Positions 11,291 through 20,970 of a stretch of DNA of 52,643 nucleotides are shown piece after piece (position 1 is the first letter of the stretch; each line of letters opens with the position of its first letter). The stretch is from an uncultured Dehalococcoidia bacterium (GTDB taxonomy: Bacteria > Chloroflexota > Dehalococcoidia > Lucifugimonadales > CAUZEB01). Both the position numbers and the translations under genes were made by a program. Where the stretch lies: NCBI GenBank assembly GCA_964431885.1, contig CAYSLK010000014.1:1-52643 (forward strand), written 5' to 3'. The notes beneath the pieces are model-generated. The model worked only from the letters and a program-made list of their open reading frames with translations, ran no database searches and was not told the DNA's origin.

Positions 11291-12310
11291 TTAACTTAAC
11301 AAAAGCTCCTTCAGGGCAGAATCTATGAATCGAGTATCTACTGGGTTTTTACCAGGAACCCCCGCCAAATGCCCCCACTTAGACGGTATCACACGAAGTT
11401 CTGCATTACTCATTAAAAGAACCTCCTTTTCACTATCCTCCTTTGGAAAATACTGATCCGTCTGGGAGGGCATCACCATGCCTTTCGCCTTGATCGAACT
11501 CAAAGCAAGCTCAATATCACCTTGAAACATATGATTATTGGATATGTCCCCTTCCTGCCAAGTAGTTATCATAGATAACAAGTCATTAGCGTCCATATCG
11601 ACGAATCTTGATTCCCACTCTCGTGAAATATATTCTTCAATTGAGGCAAATCCGTTTTTCAAGTAAATCTTATCTCTGTAGAAATCTTGGGACGGACCCC
11701 AACCCGCATAAACTCTGGACATTGCTTTGAGTCCCTTATGAGGTGCACGTAAGTAGCAACCATTATTATACGAAGAATCGGATTTAAGGGCGGCCTTAAC
11801 TCCTTCAAGAAACACGAAATTATGCACAGAAGTTTTTGCTGAACCACACCATGGTGCTATTCTTTCGACCATATCTGGATACAATGCTCCCCAATGAAAG
11901 ACTTGTTGGGCTCCCATGGATCCCCCACAAACAAGTTTTACTCTATTTATTCCAAAGTATTCAGTAAGTAACCTGTGCTGGGCCACTACTACGTCATAAT
12001 AAGTTAATTTAGGAAATCCACATCTATATTGAGGTTCAGATGAATTGCTAGGCGAAGAAGATAATCCATTTCCCAGTAAATTGGGGATGATTATAAAGTA
12101 TTTTGATGGATCCAACGCTTTATCAGCACCTACCATAGGCTCGTTATTAATATGAGTAGAGGCGAAAGAAGTCGGGTAAACTATTACATTATCACCAGGT
12201 GAATTCAATTTACCATATGTTTTAAATGCTAGTCTGCCTTGTGTGAGAATAGCTCCAGACTGCAGAGCGAAGTCACCCAAATCAAAGATATCACAGTCAA
12301 TCATAGGCAT
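11291..12310 (-). CDS. Alpha/beta hydrolase, homoserine O-acetyltransferase (MetX)-like family
   Basis: GNGLSSSPSN, nucleophile elbow GGSMGA, TDQYF Asp, WGHLAG His. Confidence 0.8.
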   Translation of the reverse strand: MPMIDCDIFDLGDFALQSGAILTQGRLAFKTYGKLNSPGDNVIVYPTSFASTHINNEPMVGADKALDPSKYFIIIPNLLGNGLSSSPSNSSEPQYRCGFPKLTYYDVVVAQHRLLTEYFGINRVKLVCGGSMGAQQVFHWGALYPDMVERIAPWCGSAKTSVHNFVFLEGVKAALKSDSSYNNGCYLRAPHKGLKAMSRVYAGWGPSQDFYRDKIYLKNGFASIEEYISREWESRFVDMDANDLLSMITTWQEGDISNNHMFQGDIELALSSIKAKGMVMPSQTDQYFPKEDSEKEVLLMSNAELRVIPSKWGHLAGVPGKNPVDTRFIDSALKELLLS

Positions 12311-13395
12311 TGCGTTTGCCCAGTATCTGAAGCTGTTTGAATAGCATCTAGTAGTTCATGTCTACGTACTGCAAGGTCGAAGTCTGGTTCCAGACTAATG
12401 CCACGATCTATTGATTGACAAAATCTATACCATAATTGGGCAATATTAAACGGAGGCCCCGCAGGTACATCCGTAGGAATCCAAGTGTAGCGTTTAGGTA
12501 TATGAATACGACTCAACCTGTCTGACCCCACCCGAGAACCGTATAGCCTAGCCTCATCTATGGCCGGTGTACCAGTACTCTTAACAGCCAAAGTTCCCTC
12601 GCTACCGTAAATTTCGAGACGATATCCTGAATCATTATATGGTATGCTTCCGACATGGATAGATACTACGGCTCCACTCTTCAACACACCATTTACTAGG
12701 ATGTTATCAGGAGCATTGACACCCACCGTCCTTCCTGTGTCAGTTTCTCTCCATTCAGGAACCTGGGTGCATACCGTAGCAGAAACCTTATCGAACTCAC
12801 CTAAACACATGCACAGAGCATCCACGGCATGTCCAAAGGCTATTGATAATGTCGTAGCTCCCAGCGATTTGTCTTTCTGCCACGTTCTGGAGGAGGTTCT
12901 ACTCAAGACCCCAGAGTTAAATTGCGTTAAATTAGCTGTCAGAACTTTCCCTAGATAACCATCCCTAATTAAATCTCTTGCCCTCATCAATACCGGAGAC
13001 ACCCTGGATTGAAGGCCTACCATTGACAGGGAACCTTTCTTACGGACCAGAGAGGCCATATGATGCGCCTCTTTTACATTCGCACCTAAGGGCCATTCTG
13101 TATAAACGTGTTTTCCTGCCTTAATAGCATCTACTGTTAATTGATAATGAAAAGGCACGCGTACAACTATCGCCACAGCATCTAAGTCAGCCTTTTCCAG
13201 CATCTCATTGTGATTATGAAAAGCCATAGTTGCACCATATTTCTCTGCCGATTCTATAGCCGTTTCCTTATGAGCCGTACACACGGCTATTAAATCTATA
13301 TCTGGTAACTTAAGTATGGCTGGCGCATGTGCTCTGGGAGTCCAACCGTAAGCCACGTTAGCTCCAATTATTCCCAGACGAACTTTGCTTTTAAT
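12301..13395 (-). CDS. Gfo/Idh/MocA family oxidoreductase (probable non-canonical ATT start at 13395)
   Basis: RLGIIGAN N-terminal strand lies upstream of track start 13356; GKHVYTEWPLG, GHAVD, LEIYGSEG motifs; GGAGGTG RBS before ATT. Confidence 0.88.
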   Translation of the reverse strand: MKSKVRLGIIGANVAYGWTPRAHAPAILKLPDIDLIAVCTAHKETAIESAEKYGATMAFHNHNEMLEKADLDAVAIVVRVPFHYQLTVDAIKAGKHVYTEWPLGANVKEAHHMASLVRKKGSLSMVGLQSRVSPVLMRARDLIRDGYLGKVLTANLTQFNSGVLSRTSSRTWQKDKSLGATTLSIAFGHAVDALCMCLGEFDKVSATVCTQVPEWRETDTGRTVGVNAPDNILVNGVLKSGAVVSIHVGSIPYNDSGYRLEIYGSEGTLAVKSTGTPAIDEARLYGSRVGSDRLSRIHIPKRYTWIPTDVPAGPPFNIAQLWYRFCQSIDRGISLEPDFDLAVRRHELLDAIQTASDTGQTQCL

Positions 13396-13421
13396 AGATT
13401 CACCTCCGATACCTGATTATT

Positions 13422-14663
13422 TTAATCCACCCCAGGTGCAAGAAATCTAGATGTGAGAGCGCCTACGGTATCTCTTATTTCTCGGGCTATATTTTCATCA
13501 CCTATATTAGTCAATGTCTTTATCATTAGTTGAGCTATCTGTCGAGATTCGTTTACTCCAAAACCACGACTTGTAACTGCAGGACTACCTATCCTTAACC
13601 CGCTAGCGATCCTCGGTGGTCTTGGATCAAATGGAATAGCATTCCTATTGACAACAATGTTGACCCTTTCCAGTGATTCCTCAGCCTGTCTTCCAGTGAT
13701 ATCAAGTGGTGTCACGTCAACCAAAACCATATGATTGTCCGTCCCACCAGAAACCAAGCGTATACCTCCATCTCTTAAGCCTTCAGCCATTGCCTTGGCA
13801 TTTTCTCGTATAGACTTTTGGTACTGGATGAATTCAGGCCTCATAGCCTCCCCAAAAGCAACCGCCTTTGCAGCGATGCTGTGTTCCTGAGGTCCTCCTT
13901 GTGCGTTCGGGAATACAGCTCTATCGACCGTCTTTGCAATATCCGAATTGCATAGTATCATACCGCCTCTAGGACCTCTTAATGTCTTATGAGTTGTAGT
14001 TGTTACTATCTGGGCATAGGGAATACTAGACGGATGTTCACCAGCAGCTATAAGTCCCGAAATATGCGACACATCCGCCATCAACAGGGCTCCAACTTCA
14101 TCGGCTATCTCTCGAAAACGTTCGAAATCTATTGTACGAGAATAAGCCGTAGCTCCGGTTACTATCAGTTTAGGTCTGTATTCCTGGGCTATTTGTCGAA
14201 CTTGGGTGAAATCTATGAGTTCGGATTCTCTATCAACTCCATAAGACACAAAATTGTATAGTTTAGAGGAAAAATTGACAGGACTGCCATGAGTGAGATG
14301 TCCTCCATGGTCAAGACTCATTCCCATTACCGTGTCACCTGGACTTATTGTTGCAAAGTAAGCCGCCATATTGGCCTGGGCACCACTATGTGGTTGAACG
14401 TTAGCATGGTCAGCTTTAAATAAGATTTTTGCTCTCTCTATCGCTATCTTTTCAGCGACATCAACGAATTCACAGCCACCATAATACCTACGACCAGGGT
14501 ATCCTTCGGCATATTTATTCGTCAAAACAGAGCCTTGGGCTTCTAGCACAGCTTTACTAGCATAATTTTCTGAAGCTATCAAGTTAATAACGTTTCGCTG
14601 TCTCTCAATTTCCCCTAGAATTGCGGAACCAACTTCCGGATCTTGTCGCATTAGAACGTTCAC
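13422..14663 (-). CDS. glyA: Serine hydroxymethyltransferase
   Basis: [45 protein letters not shown]; GTG 14663 best spaced from AGGAG (ATG 14669 is an alternative). Confidence 0.97.
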   Translation of the reverse strand: MNVLMRQDPEVGSAILGEIERQRNVINLIASENYASKAVLEAQGSVLTNKYAEGYPGRRYYGGCEFVDVAEKIAIERAKILFKADHANVQPHSGAQANMAAYFATISPGDTVMGMSLDHGGHLTHGSPVNFSSKLYNFVSYGVDRESELIDFTQVRQIAQEYRPKLIVTGATAYSRTIDFERFREIADEVGALLMADVSHISGLIAAGEHPSSIPYAQIVTTTTHKTLRGPRGGMILCNSDIAKTVDRAVFPNAQGGPQEHSIAAKAVAFGEAMRPEFIQYQKSIRENAKAMAEGLRDGGIRLVSGGTDNHMVLVDVTPLDITGRQAEESLERVNIVVNRNAIPFDPRPPRIASGLRIGSPAVTSRGFGVNESRQIAQLMIKTLTNIGDENIAREIRDTVGALTSRFLAPGVD

Positions 14664-14963
14664 TCTCATACTCCTACATTTGGATGATTGCACGTAAGTC
14701 AGATAAATTTTATCAACAATCTAATTTTACTCGTTATTGTCAAGACTATCTTAAATAAGTTCCTCATTTTACTCAAAAATAAAGGGTAAATCCCGATGTT
14801 AGATAAACCACAAAAGAATTTAAATGTTGTGTCGATACTCCACACAAAATTGGATTTTATAACCACAAAAAGGGAAATAGGATATCGGTGATTTATGGAC
14901 TAGTTGGCGATTATCCTTTATCCTGTAATACGGTGATAATCATACGGTTGCAAATGGAGAGAT

Positions 14964-16016
14964 ATGAAAAGCGGAGTCTTGAACAAGTTTTGGGATCACC
15001 TACCGGTGACTTCATCCACACCTAAATTCTCTCTTGGCGAGGGCGATACTCCGTTGGTTAAATCTCGGAAATTGTCTGAAATTGTAGGTTGTGAGGATCT
15101 ATATTTTAAGCTTGAAGGATGTAACCCTACAGGATCCTTTAAAGACCGTGGTATGGTCCTCGCAATAGCTAAAGCAATAGAAGATGGCGGAACACGAATC
15201 GCCTGTGCATCAACGGGCAATACGAGCGCATCAGCAGCAGCTTATGGAGCTTACTGCGGACTACCAACGACTGTATTTGTGCCCAAAGGGTACGTTGCCC
15301 AGGGTAAATTGGCCCAAGCAATTGCTTACGGCGCACGCATAATGCTTATAAAGGGGAATTTTGATGATGCACTAAGTCTTGTGCGTGAAATCACGCACAG
15401 ACATCCAGTTGTCTTGGTCAACTCATTAAATCCCTATAGGATCCAAGGCCAGAAAACAGCGTCGTTCGAGATAATTGAAGAACTGGGAAGCGCGCCCGAC
15501 TACTTGTTTATACCAGTTGGTAACGCAGGGAATATAACTGCCTATTGGGTAGGTTTTAAGGAAGCACTACTTAAGGGATGGACGAAGAATAGCCCAAAGA
15601 TGATGGGGTTCCAGGCTGAAGGCGCTGCTCCAATCGTAAGAGGAGCCCCAGTTGAGAAACCTGAAACGATTGCTTCAGCAATAAGGGTGGGCAATCCCGC
15701 CAGTTGGGAAAGCGCTTCTAAGGCCCGTGATGAATCTCAGGGTGTAATAGGTATGGTTTCTGATCAAGAAATCCTGGAGGCTTATGAAATAATGGCAAGT
15801 GGTGAGGGGATATTCTGCGAACCGGCATCAGCCACTTCAATAGCCGGCCTGTTAAAACTTGCTTCAGACGGCTTGAATTTAACAAATAAGAAAATTGTAT
15901 GTGTTATAACCGGGTCAGGATTAAAGGATCCCGAGCTTGCCGGAAAACTCGATACAGTTATGGAAGAATATCCTGCCGATCTAGCTGCAATAGAAAGAGC
16001 ATTAAACGTAACTTAA
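14964..16016 (+). CDS. thrC: Threonine synthase
   Basis: LGEGDTPL, NPTGSFKDRG (PLP Lys), ASTGNTSAS, PVGNAGN, ITGSGLKDP. Confidence 0.93.
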   Translation: MKSGVLNKFWDHLPVTSSTPKFSLGEGDTPLVKSRKLSEIVGCEDLYFKLEGCNPTGSFKDRGMVLAIAKAIEDGGTRIACASTGNTSASAAAYGAYCGLPTTVFVPKGYVAQGKLAQAIAYGARIMLIKGNFDDALSLVREITHRHPVVLVNSLNPYRIQGQKTASFEIIEELGSAPDYLFIPVGNAGNITAYWVGFKEALLKGWTKNSPKMMGFQAEGAAPIVRGAPVEKPETIASAIRVGNPASWESASKARDESQGVIGMVSDQEILEAYEIMASGEGIFCEPASATSIAGLLKLASDGLNLTNKKIVCVITGSGLKDPELAGKLDTVMEEYPADLAAIERALNVT

Positions 16017-16036
16017 TCAAGAGGTTAATAACTAAC

Positions 16037-16597
16037 TTGATAGACAGAGAGAAAATTAAAGAAGCTTTCGTGGACATAATTTCCTCTATAGGGGACGACC
16101 CAAACAGGGAAGGCTTACGCGATACGCCTGAGAGAGTCTCTATAATGTATGAGAAGTTATTCTCAGGTATACATGAGGATCCATCTTCAGTACTTTCCAC
16201 AGGATTTCAGGAAAGTCATGAAGAAGTCGTTATCGTAAGAGACATATCTTTTTTCTCTATATGCGAGCACCATTTTCTACCTTTTTATGGTTCAGCCCAC
16301 ATAGGCTATATACCAAATGGCAAAGTGATAGGTGCAAGTAAGATCGCTCGTGCTCTTGACATACTTGCCCGCCGACCGCAGTTGCAGGAACGCCTTACAG
16401 ACCAGATCGTAGATGCAGTACAAAACACGGTTAACCCAGATGGAGTGATAGCACTTCTTAGTGCTTCTCACATGTGCATGACTATCAGAGGAGTTGAAAA
16501 AACGGATAGCAAAATTGTTACATCAGCCAGCCGAGGCTCCTTTAAATCTCTTCCCAACAGACGGGAGGAGTTCTTTTCACTGCTTAGAGGAATCTAA
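16037..16597 (+). CDS. folE: GTP cyclohydrolase I
   Basis: REGLRDTPERV, CEHHFLPF, RRPQLQERLT, HMCMTIRG; start TTG 16037 after GAGG (track start overlaps thrC). Confidence 0.95.
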   Translation: MIDREKIKEAFVDIISSIGDDPNREGLRDTPERVSIMYEKLFSGIHEDPSSVLSTGFQESHEEVVIVRDISFFSICEHHFLPFYGSAHIGYIPNGKVIGASKIARALDILARRPQLQERLTDQIVDAVQNTVNPDGVIALLSASHMCMTIRGVEKTDSKIVTSASRGSFKSLPNRREEFFSLLRGI

Positions 16598-16599
16598 CT

Positions 16600-17583
16600 A
16601 TGATCACCATAACCACTACTAACAATTTCAGTTCTGTGTTGGCTGAATGGGAAACCCTCCTGCCAAGATGTCAGGCTAATACCATATTCCTGACACCACT
16701 GTGGCAAAAAATATGGTGGGAGCATTTTGGCGAAGGGTACGACCTGCAAATAATTTCCATTTATAAAAACGGCGAACCAATAGGTATAGCACCCTTAACG
16801 CTCCAGAATAATATCCTTACCTTTGTCGGGGATACAGATTTGTTTGATTACCATGATTTCATTGTGGCGGATGGAGAGGAAGATCCGTTCTATTCAGCAC
16901 TAACCGATCATATATCTAAATTGGAGTGGTCAAAGATCTCACTGAAATCAATTAGGCAGGACTCCCCCACTCTGCACTATTTACAAGCATTCGCAAAAAC
17001 CAACGGATATACTTGTAAGATCTCGGAGGAAGACACAGCTCCTACTACTAACCTAAGTCAAACTTGGGACGACTATTTGATGGGTCTTAATAAGAAACAC
17101 CGCCACGAACTTCGTCGTAAATTAAGGAGACTAGAAAAGGCCGAAACCTCTCAACAGTATATATGTAACAATCTAACGTCCATAGAGGCGGATATGCAGG
17201 ACTTCTTCCGATTGCACAAAGCTAGTAGTCCTGACAAGATGGAATTCATGACACTACAAAGGCAGAAGTTTTTTCTGGACACCGCTCTAAACCTCATCCC
17301 CAGAAACCAATTTAAGCTATATTTCTTGGAAATCGACAGTGTGCGTGTCGCATCTTGCATATGTTTCAACTATGCTGGCTCATACTTGTTATATAATAGC
17401 GGATATGACACGAACTACTCACATTGGAGCGTGGGCCTTCTAAATAAAGCCCTCTGTCTACGGGATGCAATTGAAGACGGTCAACACACTTTCGATTTCC
17501 TTAGAGGTAGTGAAAGATACAAGTATGAACTAGGGGGAAAAGACTGTTTCGTTTTTGAATTAAAGATAGATAAAGCCAATTAA
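16600..17583 (+). CDS. GNAT-fold protein, Acetyltransf_6/CelD-BcsL (FemAB-like) family
   Basis: TIFLTPLWQKIWW, DYHDF, WDDYLMGLNKKHRHELRRKLRRL, YNSGYD, FDFLRGSERYKYELG; 2 nt after folE stop. Confidence 0.82.
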   Translation: MITITTTNNFSSVLAEWETLLPRCQANTIFLTPLWQKIWWEHFGEGYDLQIISIYKNGEPIGIAPLTLQNNILTFVGDTDLFDYHDFIVADGEEDPFYSALTDHISKLEWSKISLKSIRQDSPTLHYLQAFAKTNGYTCKISEEDTAPTTNLSQTWDDYLMGLNKKHRHELRRKLRRLEKAETSQQYICNNLTSIEADMQDFFRLHKASSPDKMEFMTLQRQKFFLDTALNLIPRNQFKLYFLEIDSVRVASCICFNYAGSYLLYNSGYDTNYSHWSVGLLNKALCLRDAIEDGQHTFDFLRGSERYKYELGGKDCFVFELKIDKAN

Positions 17584-17895
17584 TTCTTCCGTATATTGCG
17601 GACACTTATATTAAAATGTCTGAATATTTAGTCACCCCTGACACGTAAGACAAATCACTTCCAAAGACAATTACTCTAGTACAATTATTTGATAATTCCC
17701 TGTGTTATCTTCAGTTTTGATAATCAGTTATTGTGGTTAAAATAGCATAATCTCCCAAAGAATCACATATTGAACCAAACGATTATAGATAGAATCTACG
17801 AGACCATTTCTCTGGTCCATGGGATGGATTAGACAGTATTTTTTTAAATACTCAAGGAAGTCCCGAGTATTGTCGAGCCCAAAATGGAGAGATAA

Positions 17896-19113
17896 ATGAA
17901 CAGACTGGCATTACTATCTTTTCACACCTGTCCAGCTGCACAACTAGGGACGAAGAATGCAGGTGGAATGAACGTATACGTGAGACAACTTGCGCAGGAA
18001 TTCGGCACTAGAGGCTATCAAGTTGACGTATTCACTCGATCTCATAACACAAAAGAGCCCAAGATAATCATATTGGGACCAAATACAAGACTGATTCACA
18101 TAGACGGAGGACCCTTCTCAACTTCAAAGGATGACTTATACTTACACACAGATTCATTTATTAGCAACTTATATGAATACGTTGCATTAGAAAATATTTC
18201 TTACGATATTATCCACAGTCATTATTGGTTGTCGGGCTATATAGGTCTTATATTGAATAGCAGATGGCAGATACCGCACATAACGACTTTCCACACACTA
18301 GGTAAAATTAAACTGTCTGCAAGGGCCGGTGAGAATGAATCTGCTGAACGTATATCCACCGAAAAAAAAGTTGTAGATGAAGTGCAAGGCATCATAGTAG
18401 CTACGGATCAGGAGAAAAAGGACCTGATTAAGCTATATGATATTCGAGGCAAAAAGATTCGTGTGATACCACCTGGTGTCAACCTGTCTACATTCCAGCC
18501 AATTTGCCAGGAAAAAGCAAGACGGCGTCTGGGTCTAAACGACGAGAAAATCATCTTGTATGTTGGTCGTGTGGAACCGTTAAAAGGATTACGGCTTTTA
18601 ATAAGAACTCTAACTTACATGGACAACACCCTCAATTTAAAATTGCTTATTGTGGGTGGTGATTTGAACAGAAATCAAGAAATCATCAACCTAGAGTTAC
18701 TGGCTACTAAACTAAACGTCGATAATATAGTTGAGTTTATCGGACCTGTGGAACACCAAAAATTACCCGTTTATTATAGCGCCGCTGATGCATTCGCATT
18801 ACCATCCTATTACGAGAGTTTTGGTTTAGTGGCACTTGAAGCTATGGCATGCCAAACTCCAGTTGTCGCATCCAGAGTCGGTGGACTTAAAACTATAGTC
18901 AAGAGCGGAGAGACCGGATACCTTATATCAAGGCGTTGTCCTGAGGCCTTCGCCCATAGACTAGAAATGTTACTGTCGAACTTTTACCTGCGACATAGCA
19001 TGGGTATCGCTGCACGATCGGCAGCACAAGACATGAGTTGGAAACGCTTAGCAAAAGAGACATTGAGTTACTATACTTCTTTCATCAAAAATGGTAATTC
19101 AGAACACTCCTGA
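17896..19113 (+). CDS. mshA: GT4 glycosyltransferase, MshA (D-inositol-3-phosphate glycosyltransferase)-like
   Basis: MshA-type motifs HTCPAAQLGTKNAGGMNVYV, HSHYWLSG, TFHTLGKIK, GRVEPLKG, PSYYESFGLVALEAMAC. Confidence 0.8.
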   Translation: MNRLALLSFHTCPAAQLGTKNAGGMNVYVRQLAQEFGTRGYQVDVFTRSHNTKEPKIIILGPNTRLIHIDGGPFSTSKDDLYLHTDSFISNLYEYVALENISYDIIHSHYWLSGYIGLILNSRWQIPHITTFHTLGKIKLSARAGENESAERISTEKKVVDEVQGIIVATDQEKKDLIKLYDIRGKKIRVIPPGVNLSTFQPICQEKARRRLGLNDEKIILYVGRVEPLKGLRLLIRTLTYMDNTLNLKLLIVGGDLNRNQEIINLELLATKLNVDNIVEFIGPVEHQKLPVYYSAADAFALPSYYESFGLVALEAMACQTPVVASRVGGLKTIVKSGETGYLISRRCPEAFAHRLEMLLSNFYLRHSMGIAARSAAQDMSWKRLAKETLSYYTSFIKNGNSEHS

Positions 19114-19127
19114 CGAAACCATGCCAC

Positions 19128-20039
19128 TTACAGCCGTTTTTCATACCAGACAGTCTGCCCAATTTTGTCAAATCCAAAAGACAGGTAAAGCTCTCGTGCT
19201 GGAACATTTTCAGCATCAACCTCGAGCTCAATAAAGTTAACATCTTGGGATTTCAAATAGGCGATTCCTGCAGCGACTACAGCCCTTCCTAGGCCTCGTC
19301 CTCTGTAATCAGGGTGCACACCAGTCATACCAATCGAACCGACGGAACAGTTGTCTTTAGATATTCTCTGTGTCCAAACATACGCCGACGGGTAATTCAG
19401 ATAATCCAGAAATATTATGCCCTCGGGTGCAGTGTCTTTCATTTTTGTTCTGGCGCTTATCTCTTCAACAGTATTGGGACAAAATCCCCAACTTGCTTCG
19501 AAAGCTTTGTTTTGCAGATCCGTTAATTGTTGTTCATCGATTCCTGTCTTGAATAAACGAAACGAATATTGAGTGGGGATTTCGACAGAGGAGATATCTT
19601 CTCTCTTACACATCATTTGCCAATAATTTTTCACATATTGGAATTTTGCTTCCTCAAGCAAATTTCGATAGATATCCTCCGAAGATGATATCTCAATATG
19701 TAACAAAGAAACGTCCAAATAATTGGCATGACTTACACTTCTTTCTAACAATAATTCTTCAACACCTTTGTATCTATGAGAACTGACGACACCGCCGGCT
19801 GTAACCGCCCTATCAATCGTCTTTTCGTTAGAGACAAGAGCGAAACCAACGAACTGACCATTATTTGTCTCCGCAATAAAGCAGTTTTCTTCTGGAATAA
19901 TTGAAGGCTGAGACAAAAACTGTCTCATATATTCCGTATCCCGGTATTTAACGGTATCAGTTAAATTGCTAACCTCATTATATAGCTTTGTATACCGATC
20001 TAGATCTTCCCAACAAAATTCCCGTACAAAATAAGACAC
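19128..20039 (-). CDS. Tandem-GNAT acetyltransferase, mycothiol synthase (MshD)-like
   Basis: 303 aa, two GNAT halves; C-half QNKAF...GVHPDYRGRGLGRA...LEVDAENVPARELYLSFGF; convergent with mshA-like gene. Confidence 0.7.
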   Translation of the reverse strand: MSYFVREFCWEDLDRYTKLYNEVSNLTDTVKYRDTEYMRQFLSQPSIIPEENCFIAETNNGQFVGFALVSNEKTIDRAVTAGGVVSSHRYKGVEELLLERSVSHANYLDVSLLHIEISSSEDIYRNLLEEAKFQYVKNYWQMMCKREDISSVEIPTQYSFRLFKTGIDEQQLTDLQNKAFEASWGFCPNTVEEISARTKMKDTAPEGIIFLDYLNYPSAYVWTQRISKDNCSVGSIGMTGVHPDYRGRGLGRAVVAAGIAYLKSQDVNFIELEVDAENVPARELYLSFGFDKIGQTVWYEKRL

Positions 20040-20185
20040 AAACTAATCTCCATGGGTTTACATAGAGTGAACATAATTACGAAAGGCTTAGTCAATCATA
20101 AATTAATTATGCTCAGATTCTATCAGAGGGAATAGGACCTAACAACGTAATAGCCGGATCAATAAGCTATTTCTGACGTAAGCAC

Positions 20186-20214
20186 TTGATTGTGAAGTTA
20201 GCAAGACATATCAT
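20186..20214 (+). promoter_or_regulatory. Candidate sigma70 promoter for the deacetylase-phosphatase pair
   Basis: TTGATT-N17-TATCAT, 41 nt upstream of ATG 20256. Confidence 0.5.
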
Positions 20215-20255
20215 TAACATGGCATTCTTTTTAAATCTCAATTAGGGCTGTAGAA

Positions 20256-20960
20256 ATGATAGAGCGACCTCAAAAAGCAATGGTTGTCACTCCGCATCCT
20301 GACGATGCCGAGATCGGCTGTGGCGGCACTATAGCAAAATGGGTAGCCGATGGAACAGAAGTAGTCTATGTCCTCTGCACCAACGGTGATAAAGGATCAT
20401 CTGATCTTCACATGACTTCGAAAAAACTAGCAAATATTAGAGAAAAAGAACAGAGTCTAGCAGCTCAGGCCTTGGGCATCAAAGAGGTTATATATCTGAG
20501 ATATCCCGACGGCGGACTTGAAGATACAGCTAAATTTAGGGAACAGATAACCAAAGCCTTAAGAATACATAGACCTGACATAGTGTTTTGTACTGACCCA
20601 TTTAAGCAAACATTTTACATGCACCGTGATCACCGTATATCGGGTCAGGTAACGCTGGACGCAGTGTTCCCCTATGCAAGAGATCACTTAAATTATCCAG
20701 AACACCTAAATGAGGGATTAATGCCACACAAGGTAGGGGATGTCCTCATGTGGGGTACAGACAAACCAGACACTTTTATCGATATTAGCGGCACTTTAGA
20801 TCAGAAGACAAATGCTTTAAAGAAACACGCCAGTCAGGTGTCTACTGACGGATCGGAAGGTGATGCTGGTGATTTTATAAAGTCTAATGCGCGAAGAGTA
20901 GGTGAGAATGCAGGCATGGCGTACGCAGAGGCATTTCGCCGTATTCAATTTCGCCGGTAG
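20256..20960 (+). CDS. PIG-L/LmbE family N-acetylglucosaminyl deacetylase (MshB/BshB-like)
   Basis: HPDDAEIGCGGT, TNGDKG, R-x-x-E, YPDGGL, HRDHR, HASQ motifs. Confidence 0.88.
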   Translation: MIERPQKAMVVTPHPDDAEIGCGGTIAKWVADGTEVVYVLCTNGDKGSSDLHMTSKKLANIREKEQSLAAQALGIKEVIYLRYPDGGLEDTAKFREQITKALRIHRPDIVFCTDPFKQTFYMHRDHRISGQVTLDAVFPYARDHLNYPEHLNEGLMPHKVGDVLMWGTDKPDTFIDISGTLDQKTNALKKHASQVSTDGSEGDAGDFIKSNARRVGENAGMAYAEAFRRIQFRR

Positions 20961-20970
20961 GTGAAATTGA

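Noticed and set aside
15899-16036. N-terminal extension of folE in the ORF track (similar extensions for pdxS, tmk, the second GS, cupin and the PNPOx-like gene)
   Set aside because: Extensions overlap neighbouring genes or regulatory DNA; internal starts match family N-termini and mostly have RBSs
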